64,000 nt of DNA from a virus. Lineage: Duplodnaviria > Caudoviricetes. The DNA lies in IMG/VR virus record IMGVR_UViG_3300031088_000782, positions 32,001 to 96,000 of that record; one strand, written 5' to 3'. Position numbers and translations under genes: made by a program. Of this stretch, positions 29,461 to 38,900 are shown piece by piece (positions within the stretch are counted from its first letter, which is position 1; every line of letters begins with the position of its first letter). A model generated the notes under the pieces. The model made no database searches and was not told the DNA's origin. It worked only from the letters and a program-made list of their open reading frames with translations.

Positions 29461-32274
29461 ATGTACAATATTTCTGAGTGGCCTGAATGGAATGCATGTC
29501 TCAATATTCTTTTGGATCCAGAGGTTTCCGAAATAGCAAGCAATGGGCCTAACAGTTTCTTCGTTGTGAAAAACGGAAAAAGAATAAAGTTAGACATTAA
29601 AGTTGCTTCCGAAGAGAAATATGCTGAAGGTGTTGAAAAAGGGCTTGTTCCCAAAGTAAAGACAACCAGGGACTTTGACATCAATGGTTATCTATTTGAA
29701 GGTAGGCTCACTTACAGCGCAGGTGGTACTGAAGTCATCGCTCGTTGTCACATTGGACTTTCTCCTTCAACTGTTACTCCACAAGTTTCCATTGCGAAAA
29801 AGAGTGCATCTTTACGTAATCTTGATTCAATTGCTTCACAAGGATCAATGAGTACAGAGATGATGAACTTTTTGAAAATGACTGTGGATGCGGGGTTGAC
29901 AACAGTGCTTTCAGGTGGAACCGGAGCCGGGAAAGAGGTACATAAAAATACTCTTATTCCAACCCCTTCAGGAATGCGAAAAGTTGATGATTTGAACATT
30001 GGTGATACAATTTTTGATGAAGTTGGTAAAAAAACCAAAATTGTTAACAAATATTCACCAAAAGATCCTAAACATTACAGATTGACATTCAATGATGGAA
30101 CAACTGTTGATGCGGGTATGGGGCATTTGTGGAAAGTATATGCACTGAACGAAAAAGTGAATTTCGGCCATAAATCTCATCCTATTCTTGATGAATCTCA
30201 AGTTGCTAATTTAAACAATATTCTTAATGAAGAAGAAGAATTTATTACTTTTTCTGAACTTAGAGAAAAAATTGGTGGAAATATCGACAAAACTGGATCT
30301 ATAAGAGAAACAGTCAAAGGTTTTGGCACAAAAGCAATTGATTTTTTTAATTTTGAGAAAGATTCAGTTGTTGAAAAAATCAAAAAATCAACAATCAATG
30401 AAAAAGATAAGAATGAAATCCTGAAAAGATTTAATACTGTTCAAGAGTCTTCTTTGTCTTTGAGAAAAGTGAAAGAACTTGTTGATAGCAGATATTTCGT
30501 TTCTAAGATTCTCCCCACTGAGCACAAAATTTCACAAGAAACAGTGTTTGTAAAGAAAGAAGTTGCTACACATCTTTTGAAAGATGACGAATTAAGAAAA
30601 GAAGCAAGAAAAAATCTTGACAAATCTTATCAAAGTGCTACTCGCCCTGTGAAAGTGATGACCACTCAAGAATTGGTTGATTATGGAGTAGTTAATAAAA
30701 AAGGGCGTTTAAATTTTGCTGTTGAAAGCTTACAGAATCCTGTTGAATACGATAAGCAAGATCTTCCTATTGATCCTTATACTCTAGGTGCCTGGTTAGG
30801 TGATGGATATTCAGCAACCGGAAGTATTTGCGGAATAGATAAAGAAGTTATTGAAAAAATTTATGAAAATGGGTTTAACTACAAAGAAAGACAGGATTTT
30901 AACGAAAGACAGAATATTCCTCTGAGTATTTGGACAGTTGAGGGTTTGAGTAAACTTCTCAGAGAAAACAATTTGAAGAACAATAAGCACATTCCAGAAA
31001 TTTACAAATATTCTTCTGTTAAACAAAGAATTCAATTACTTTCAGGATTGCTTGACACCGATGGGACTTTGGATTATCGTCGTGGAACAGTTCATGTTGG
31101 AATGACTGTTGAAAGCATTGTTAAAAACATGAGAGAAATAGTTTGCTCTCTCGGATGGCACGCTACTCCTGTTATTTCTCGTGAGAGAAGCTACAAAGCT
31201 GCTGACGGAACTAAAGTTGAGTGCAAGGATAGTTACGGCTTCAGTTTTGTTCCTGATGTTCAATTGTTTAATATTTCAAGAAAAGCGAAACTTCTGCATG
31301 AAAGATTAGGTAGAGATATTTCTCAGCAAGACAGACGAAACAGGCACTATATCAAAGATATTCAGTTGATTGAAGACGCTAAGGCCGAGGACTATTACTG
31401 CTTTGAAGTAGATTCAGCAACTCATATGTTCTTGTGCTCTGAGTCTTTCATTCCTACTCATAACACTACTATGCTTGAAGCCATGACTAAATTGTTCCCG
31501 AATGATTATAGAATTGCTGTTGCCGAGGATATTCCTGAACTTGTTCTTGTCCAGCCTAACGTCACTTATTGGGAGGCTGTTCCGTTTGTTCCTGGTATGG
31601 ATCCGAATGAAGTTGCCACTTTGCAGTGGGTTGTGAAGCAGTTCCAGCGTAATAGAAATGACAGAATCATCATTGGTGAGACTCGTGGCGCTGAGTTTTC
31701 TGAATTCTTAGTCGCTGCTAACTCTGGTAAAAACGGTTCTTTGACAACAATCCACGCTGATGATCCTGTATCATGCTTGAGAAAGATGACAAATTTTGCT
31801 ATTCAAGGTTTCGGAGGATTGAACATTCGTTCTGTTAACACTGAATTATCTACTGCTGTAAATATTATTGTACAGTTGAATAGGTTCCCTGACACTGGAA
31901 GGCACCGTGTGACTCAAATTCAAGAAGTTACACAAACTTTGAGTAATCAGGAGAATGCTCAAATTTCTACTCAACCTTTGTATTCTTATGATCCGTTGAG
32001 TGACACTTTCCAGAAAGAAGAAAATATGACTGATGGGCTTCGCAATCTTTGTGCTCAGAGGGGCGTTGACATTAGCGAATTCCTGAAGTCAAGATTGCAT
32101 GAGCCTACCCCTGGTCATAATAGCTCTGGAGGCGCTGGTGGGCGAAATAACCCGACTTCAGGCAATAGGACATTAGGTAGTCCATTATCTGATTCTGGAG
32201 CGTCTGAGGGGGCTTCTAAGCGCAGGAGACTTCCTACTGCAAATCCTTTCAGTAAAGGTGGTAGAAACATATGA
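29461..32274 (+). CDS. tadA: TadA/CpaF/VirB11-family secretion ATPase interrupted by an intein
   Basis: After removing the intein: SGGTGAGK|TTMLEAM, IAVAEDIPEL, DRIIIGETRGAE, GSLTTIHADD. Confidence 0.85.
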   Translation: MYNISEWPEWNACLNILLDPEVSEIASNGPNSFFVVKNGKRIKLDIKVASEEKYAEGVEKGLVPKVKTTRDFDINGYLFEGRLTYSAGGTEVIARCHIGLSPSTVTPQVSIAKKSASLRNLDSIASQGSMSTEMMNFLKMTVDAGLTTVLSGGTGAGKEVHKNTLIPTPSGMRKVDDLNIGDTIFDEVGKKTKIVNKYSPKDPKHYRLTFNDGTTVDAGMGHLWKVYALNEKVNFGHKSHPILDESQVANLNNILNEEEEFITFSELREKIGGNIDKTGSIRETVKGFGTKAIDFFNFEKDSVVEKIKKSTINEKDKNEILKRFNTVQESSLSLRKVKELVDSRYFVSKILPTEHKISQETVFVKKEVATHLLKDDELRKEARKNLDKSYQSATRPVKVMTTQELVDYGVVNKKGRLNFAVESLQNPVEYDKQDLPIDPYTLGAWLGDGYSATGSICGIDKEVIEKIYENGFNYKERQDFNERQNIPLSIWTVEGLSKLLRENNLKNNKHIPEIYKYSSVKQRIQLLSGLLDTDGTLDYRRGTVHVGMTVESIVKNMREIVCSLGWHATPVISRERSYKAADGTKVECKDSYGFSFVPDVQLFNISRKAKLLHERLGRDISQQDRRNRHYIKDIQLIEDAKAEDYYCFEVDSATHMFLCSESFIPTHNTTMLEAMTKLFPNDYRIAVAEDIPELVLVQPNVTYWEAVPFVPGMDPNEVATLQWVVKQFQRNRNDRIIIGETRGAEFSEFLVAANSGKNGSLTTIHADDPVSCLRKMTNFAIQGFGGLNIRSVNTELSTAVNIIVQLNRFPDTGRHRVTQIQEVTQTLSNQENAQISTQPLYSYDPLSDTFQKEENMTDGLRNLCAQRGVDISEFLKSRLHEPTPGHNSSGGAGGRNNPTSGNRTLGSPLSDSGASEGASKRRRLPTANPFSKGGRNI
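29935..31464 (+). mobile_element. 510-aa class 3 intein with LAGLIDADG homing endonuclease in the tadA P-loop
   Basis: Block A EVHKNTLIPTPSG; block B GHLW (W at 30130); LGAWLGDG and LLSGLLDTDG endonuclease motifs; block F YYCFEVDS (C at 31399); block G IPTHN followed by T+1. Confidence 0.9.
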
Positions 32275-33374
32275 AAGAACCTATAAGCGGAGCTAAACCA
32301 GTTCGAAAGAATACTAATGACAGAATCACTTTGGAAGCTTTAAAATATTACGTTCCTTTGTTTCATATAGGGGATGAGGCTTCTTTAAGAATTTTGGAAG
32401 ATGATGTTTCTACGGGGGAAAGAAACTTTTTGCAATCAAGAATCCTTTTGAAGCAAATGACTGTTGATAAGATAGCCTCTTTGTCTGGCCCTCTAATTAC
32501 TCGTGAGATAAATAAACTCATCAAAAATTCTCATTTGAATGGGCGTGATGATCTTTTTGACATTCTTTATTACGCTGGAATTAATGGAATGATTAAAGGT
32601 TTACGACACTTCGATGTGAATAAGATGAACAAATCTTCAACAAATTATCTTTTTCAATGGATTGTGACATATGCGAAAAAAGAGTTAGCGGTTATTGAAG
32701 CTCCTTTTGGTGTTGCGCCTTCTCGTTTTCAAAGATATAAAAAGATTTCTGCTGTAAGAAAGAAACTTTCTGAACAGTTAGGTCGTTATGCAAACAATGA
32801 AGAAGTTTTAGAATATTTTGTAAGTGGTAAAGCTGACATTAAAACTATGAGTGGTCGTTTGGATAAAAGTAACGAACCTTATGCTGTGAATAAGAACATG
32901 AGTTTGGGACTTATAGAAGAACAAGAAAATTTTGAAAAGAATTTGAATTATGTAAATCTTTTGGATCCACTGGAAGATTACAATACAGAAGTAACCTTGT
33001 CTCATAATGATGTTCCTCCTTTCAGTCAGACTTTATTTGGTATATTTGTAGAGGCTTATAATTTTACTGTTGAGGCTGTTTCTGTTCTTGTTTCTGAGTT
33101 GAAACATCCTGATGTTAAACCAGAATACGTAGCTTGTGCTTCTGATATGTCAACATCTGAGTATAAAAATCTTTCTTTGAAATGGAAAGAGCTTATGCGT
33201 GATGTAAATGGTCCTTTTTACTCTTTTTTGAGCGAAATGGAAGATAATAATTTTGATCAGTTCAATATTCCTGAAACGAAAAGAAATATTGAAAACTATG
33301 GGAAAAAAATCAAGTCTGAAAAATACTTGTCTCTTTTTGAAAATAAAAAGATAAAAAGGAAAGTTAAAATATGA
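32271..33374 (+). CDS. Divergent sigma-70-like protein
   Basis: DILYYAGINGMIKGLRHFD...STNYLFQWI (region 2); RKKLSEQLGRYANNEEV (region 3); NLLDPL. Confidence 0.65.
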   Translation: MKEPISGAKPVRKNTNDRITLEALKYYVPLFHIGDEASLRILEDDVSTGERNFLQSRILLKQMTVDKIASLSGPLITREINKLIKNSHLNGRDDLFDILYYAGINGMIKGLRHFDVNKMNKSSTNYLFQWIVTYAKKELAVIEAPFGVAPSRFQRYKKISAVRKKLSEQLGRYANNEEVLEYFVSGKADIKTMSGRLDKSNEPYAVNKNMSLGLIEEQENFEKNLNYVNLLDPLEDYNTEVTLSHNDVPPFSQTLFGIFVEAYNFTVEAVSVLVSELKHPDVKPEYVACASDMSTSEYKNLSLKWKELMRDVNGPFYSFLSEMEDNNFDQFNIPETKRNIENYGKKIKSEKYLSLFENKKIKRKVKI

Positions 33375-33754
33375 TGATTAATATTTTGATTGCTATTGAT
33401 TTCATGTTGAAGCAATACATTGTTATAGGTTCAATTGTTGCCTTGGGGCTAGTTGTTCTTCTGGTTGCTTTTACAGTTGTAAAATCATATAGAGATAAAT
33501 CTACTTATGAAAACGAAAGTCTACCTTCTCTTGTTGAGGTTGGTTTGGCTGATTTTGAAGAGGTAGAAGAAGAGGATAATGAGGATGACAGGATATCGGC
33601 ATTCGACTTTGAAGATGAAGAAGAATCTTCTTTCCAAGATGACAGTGCAAACAGTATTCTGGCTGACGCTAACAGAACAACTCAGATAGAAAACGAAAGA
33701 AGAACAAAACAAAGAATTGGCTTGTTCGGTAAAAACAAATCAAACAAGCACTGA
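33371..33754 (+). CDS. Small bitopic membrane protein with acidic tail
   Basis: One TM followed by a D/E-rich segment. Confidence 0.55.
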   Translation: MMINILIAIDFMLKQYIVIGSIVALGLVVLLVAFTVVKSYRDKSTYENESLPSLVEVGLADFEEVEEEDNEDDRISAFDFEDEEESSFQDDSANSILADANRTTQIENERRTKQRIGLFGKNKSNKH

Positions 33755-33838
33755 ATCGTGTTGCCGATATAAATAAGACAACATTTTTAAAATAAAAATA
33801 TAAAGATAAGGCGCAAGCCAAGAAAGTTAGGAGATACT

Positions 33839-34132
33839 ATGCCAGTATTAAACAAGCCGGATCTGATTGCAGAAATCGCTGAGAAAACCGGGGAGTCAAA
33901 GGCAGCTACTGAAAGATTTTTGAATGCTTTTCAGGAAACAGTAGTTGATTCAGTAGTTGACGGAGTTGAGGTGAAGATCAGCGGTTTTGCAGCTTTCTCC
34001 CCTTCCACTCGTTCTGCAAGAATTATGAAAAATCCACGAACAGGAGAGGACATCGAAGTTCCTGAAACAAAGACTGTGAGAATGAGAGTTCTTAAAGCAT
34101 TTAGGGATAGAATCTCTGGTCGAGACATGTAA
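33839..34132 (+). CDS. hup: HU family DNA-binding protein
   Basis: LNKPDLIAEIAEKTG...VKISGFAAF...RSARIMKNPRTGEDIEVP; SD aggag. Confidence 0.92.
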   Translation: MPVLNKPDLIAEIAEKTGESKAATERFLNAFQETVVDSVVDGVEVKISGFAAFSPSTRSARIMKNPRTGEDIEVPETKTVRMRVLKAFRDRISGRDM

Positions 34133-34144
34133 AAATATTTTCGT

Positions 34145-34186
34145 AGAAATAGCCGTAAGATAATAAAAAATCTTACGGCTATTTCT
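34145..34186. terminator. Perfect 17-bp hairpin plus T-run; the downstream TG-G-TAGAAT (34190-34198) is a likely -10
   Basis: agaaatagccgtaagat / atcttacggctatttct then tttt. Confidence 0.75.
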
Positions 34187-34231
34187 TTTTGGTAGAATCT
34201 TTAAAGACCCTAACAGAGAAGAAGGAATACT

Positions 34232-34681
34232 GTGAAAAACAATAACAAAATGATCATTCATTTAAATCTTGATAAAAACTTTATTGAAAAAATTAAAGAA
34301 GAAATGTATAAAGAAATTGAAATTGCATCTAAAAAGTGGAGTGTTTCTTTGAATACTGATGATGAAGATTTGATTATTTCTCATTCTGTCAAACAAGTTA
34401 GACGAAAAACTTCTGAAAACATAAGAACTAATTGGGATTTGTCGGATACATTAACTGTTAAAATTAATTCTATTCATAAAAATGTAGAGATCACTCTTCC
34501 TGCTCCAGAAGCTTCTTCTTCAACCTCATCTCTTATTTATACGAGAGATGGATGGGAGATAGATACTGAAAAAAGAGATGAATCTGTGAGATTGCCTGAT
34601 TTTAGGGATTATATTCAAGATCAGATTATGCAATGGGCAAGAACTGCTGTGTTTTATGGAGTAGCGTCTTTCTCATCCTGA
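34232..34681 (+). CDS. Hypothetical protein
   Basis: 149-aa ORF with GTG start and SD gaagga. Confidence 0.5.
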   Translation: MKNNNKMIIHLNLDKNFIEKIKEEMYKEIEIASKKWSVSLNTDDEDLIISHSVKQVRRKTSENIRTNWDLSDTLTVKINSIHKNVEITLPAPEASSSTSSLIYTRDGWEIDTEKRDESVRLPDFRDYIQDQIMQWARTAVFYGVASFSS

Positions 34682-34702
34682 TTTACAGAAAAAGAGGTAA
34701 AA

Positions 34703-35167
34703 ATGTCTAAACTCACTCGAAGAGAGCTTATTTCCAAAATTTCTCAACACACAAATATTCGAAAAGACGCTGTTGAAGAAGTAGTCAATGGGTTAATTGA
34801 TGTTGCTGTTGAAGAAATTATTAACGATGGAGAATTCAATATTATTGAACTTTTTTCAATTACTTCGAAAGATTGGAAAAAATCGTATTCAATCAATGGG
34901 GAACAAGAAGTTCCTACTCGTCCAAGATTGATAATAAAATTGAGCAGGCGTGTGAGAGACCTGTGGAAGATGCGTATAGATGTTCTCAAAGGCGAAAAAG
35001 GCGTTATTACTAAGGATAACTGGCGAGATGCAAGCAAATACTTAATTGAAAATAAAAAGCCTCTCAAATCCGATTTAAATGCACCTAAAAATATAAACAA
35101 ATCAGCAGTTGAGAAAGAACAAAAAGATAAAGATGACTACAATCCTTTCATTGATGATGAGGATTGA
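34703..35167 (+). CDS. Second, divergent HU/IHF-like protein
   Basis: LTRRELISKISQHTNIRKDAVEEVVNGLIDV...GEFNIIELFSI...VPTRPRLIIKLSRRVRD; the beta-arm NPxTG motif is missing. Confidence 0.7.
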   Translation: MSKLTRRELISKISQHTNIRKDAVEEVVNGLIDVAVEEIINDGEFNIIELFSITSKDWKKSYSINGEQEVPTRPRLIIKLSRRVRDLWKMRIDVLKGEKGVITKDNWRDASKYLIENKKPLKSDLNAPKNINKSAVEKEQKDKDDYNPFIDDED

Positions 35168-35256
35168 TTTTCTGTAATTTGAATATAGTTATTTAGAGAG
35201 AATGAATGATATTAGTATTTAATAATAACTATGCTACAAATTAGGAAGAGAGTAAA

Positions 35257-35808
35257 ATGAGTTCAAATCTGACATACGCATCTTTGCCGATTGAAATTAA
35301 AAAGATCGCCAATGAATCTTTAGGGCTTGGTGTTCTGAAATCATTGTTCAATTATTCTCATACTTACCATTTGATGATAAAAATTTCTGATGGTATATTT
35401 ATTGGATTTGCTCTTTATCATTTTCAGAAAACTCGCTTGAAAAACGGTAAAACTTATGTCACCGGAATTATTGATTGCGTTTCTGTGGCAACAGCTTATC
35501 GTTGTGAAGGTTTTGGAACTTTGCTAACTTTCGGAGTGCTGAGAAAAATGTCAGCTTATGGTGCAGATAGAGTTGAAATAATGTTAAAGACACCTTCTGT
35601 AGATGATTATGATTCTTACCCTGGAGTCCCTGTTATCGGAAGCGAAGATCTTCTTTATTGTTTAGGGTTTAGAAAAATCAGAGTTTACGACAAATACTAC
35701 GAACATAAATCTAAAAAATATGGCTATGATTGTGCGTTTTGTGGAAATAGACCAGATATATGTATGGGAATGTTGTATGCGATAAACGATACTGATTCTT
35801 CAGGATAA
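35257..35808 (+). CDS. GNAT-family acetyltransferase with Cys-rich C-terminus
   Basis: FIGFALY, IDCVSVATAYRCEGFGTLL (motif A), LLYCLGF, CAFC...C. Confidence 0.75.
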   Translation: MSSNLTYASLPIEIKKIANESLGLGVLKSLFNYSHTYHLMIKISDGIFIGFALYHFQKTRLKNGKTYVTGIIDCVSVATAYRCEGFGTLLTFGVLRKMSAYGADRVEIMLKTPSVDDYDSYPGVPVIGSEDLLYCLGFRKIRVYDKYYEHKSKKYGYDCAFCGNRPDICMGMLYAINDTDSSG

Positions 35809-35972
35809 AAATTTTTAAAAGAAATTGATGAAATATTGAATTCTATAATGAAGATGAAGTAATTTTCTCTGTATCTATTCGCATTGATTGTTATAGAAAA
35901 AGTTTTACGAAATAGACACTCAGGCGATATTTCATTGTGATAATTATGAGTGCAAACATATGGAGATTATAA

Positions 35973-38900
35973 ATGAAGTCATTGCGAGAGCGACAGGATT
36001 CGCAATATTTAACTAAAAGCAAAATGGTTAATATGGCAAAAACCAATAACCCTCGCTTCAAGACTTCATTTTTTACTATCATTTCTGCTTTTTTGGCTTC
36101 TGTCTTTCTTTCCATAGCTGTTCTGTCTTTATTCTCATCTTATGATTCTTTTACTGCTTTTGCTGATGATGAAGAAGATTCAAAAGAGGAAATTGATAAA
36201 CTTGCTGATGATTATATTGTTGACAAAGATGATGGAGATCCTTTTTGGGGAACAGTAGATAAGTTCAACAAAGAAGGAAATCCCGCTGCTAAAAAAGATT
36301 TCAGTTCAGTTATGGCTCGTCTTTTCACAACTCAGTATATGAATGATACTCATAAAGGATCTGCTCAGTCAGGGACACAAAACGGTATTGGAAATTCAGG
36401 TAGAAACTGTAAAGTTGATGCTAAGGGCAAAGGAACTCCTTTGTATCATAACTGTGATGTTCCAAATATTGTGACAGAATTAGTTCAAGACGCATCTTCT
36501 TTAATTATGCAAAGTGGCCCAAGTAATGCTGAAATTCAGAAATCAACTCTTATGTGGGGAGCTTTTGGCCTTCCCTCTAAAATTCCCGGAAAGGGAGCCC
36601 CAGTCGATGCTTCTGAAAGGTCTGTCAAATACACAGCATTAGAGCTTTATGGTTATAATCTTCGATACACAAGCTATGCTGGTGAATGGGATCACATCAA
36701 AGTTATGACAACAGCAAGAGCTTTGGCTAACTATGGCTGGATGGATAATATTAAAATGTCTGTTACTGCCGTTTTCCAGGGTGTTGCAACTGGAATGGAA
36801 GTAGCGAGCGATAATTTCACTGACGAAATTTCAACAGGAAATGTTTTCGGTGCTATTGGCGGATTCTTCACAGGGTTTTTTGAGGGTGCTGCAGCTGGCG
36901 GAATTCACTCTATTTTAGATACATCAGATTTGAATGTTTTCAATACTTATGCATGGTATCGTGTAGGTTATGGGGGAACTCTATATAACGCAAGAGAGCT
37001 TACAGGAACAGAGGTAGCTGCAAGAGCAAGAGCTGAAATGATGAATATGATCACATCCGGTCAGCCTGATGATGCTAAAGTTCCAGAAGATCTTGAAAAA
37101 ATCAAATCCGGCCCTGATTACCCTAAAGAAGCTATCTCGAAATGTGTTTTGTTAAGAGGTAAACTTAAAGATGTTTCTTGGGGAGCAGGAAAAACTCCTC
37201 CTGGTGTCACAGAGAACAGATGTGCTTCTATTGCTAAAAGTCAATATGAGATAAGACAGGCTAGTGACAACCCTCCTAAAGGTGACAACGCTGACTACAA
37301 ATGGACAGAAGATGGAAACCAAAAACAGGAGTCATTAGCTTCTTGGAAGAAACGTCATGTTAAAACTTTTGAAGCTGCCAAAAAATACGGCATTAATTGC
37401 AAAATGGGCAAAGATGGCAAAGATAGAGCAAAGAGCATATCTGCTTTTAAATCTTGTTGGCCTGATGAATACGCTGGAGCCGAATCTGAAGCATTAAAGC
37501 ATGATCAAACCGAAAGAAATGAAGAATGGGTTAAGAAAAAATTAGGCCCAAACGCTTTGCAAGAGTGGGTTGCAGCTGATCCATCAAGAAACTTTAACGC
37601 TCCTTGGAATCGCTTCGTGTGTACAACTGCCAGTGGAAAAGATAAGAAAAAAGACGGCCAACTTGTCATGCTATATAATGCTCAGGGAAAGCACAATGAT
37701 GAGTGTGGAGAAGTCAGACCACCAATTCAGGATGGGCTTTTTGGAAATGGTTATCTATCAGATCAAAAACAACCAGGGCTAGACACTCGAAACAAAGTAG
37801 CAACTTCATCTTTCCTCTCAGTCCTAATGCCTTTCGATGCTGACATAACTTCTATTTCTAATATTGGATTAGGCTTAGCTACTTTCGCTACCAGAATTTC
37901 AAACACAGTTATTAATTTAACTTTCAGTCCTGTTTTTGAAAGTTTAGGAATTGACACAATTGTTGTTAAACTTATTAAAGAATTCAGAGATAGCATTTTC
38001 TTCCCTCTTGTCGCTTTAATGGTCGCTATAACTGGTGTTATGGCTCTTTGGTCGGCAGGAAAAAATAAAGACTATAAGAGACAATTCACAAGTATTCTTC
38101 TTATGGCTGGAGTTATATTATCGGGCGTATTCTTGATGTATAAACCAGATATGACATTAAAAGCTGTTGATGAAGTTCCTGCTGAAATTGAAAAAGCTAT
38201 TATTGGAACTATTTTCGCTGTTGGTAGCGATCCGGGGGATCAGTTGTGCACTTCGACTGGAACGGTATCTGGGAAGAAGGGAACTGGTCTTGACGGGAAG
38301 CGATTAAGCTATAATCCTAATGATAGTGCCAGATCATTAATGTGTGAAAACTGGAGAGCATTTGCCTTTAATCCTTGGGTATATGGTCAATGGGGAACGG
38401 ATATGAGTAATTTGTATTCTAAAGGCTCTGGCTCCGCTAGTACTATGAACAACACTAATGGCGATTTGGTCGGAAGTGCTTCTGTCAATATGGGTGGCGG
38501 AAAGAAAATGAAGAATTGGGCTGTTTATCAATTGAACACTATGTCATCAGGAACAGCTTCTTATGTTGATGAAAATCGTCCAACAGGTAGAATAGATAGA
38601 AACTTCTCTCGCCTCATTGACTTGCAAGCTGGGCCAGAGAATGGAAAAGGAACAGATTCTCGCTATTTCGAAACTTGGTCAGGAAGTAATTGGGGAGATA
38701 GGCTTACTGTGTCATTTATGGCACCGATTGTCGCTGCTTTTGGCGCAGTCACTGTTATCGTTTATTCTATTACTAAAATTCAGATTGCTTTTGCTACAGT
38801 CATTATGCTCCTTTTCTTGCCTTTCATTTTCTTGATTGGTATTCATCCAACAATGGGTAGAACAAAACTTAAAGCATATACAGGAACTATTGTGGGATTA

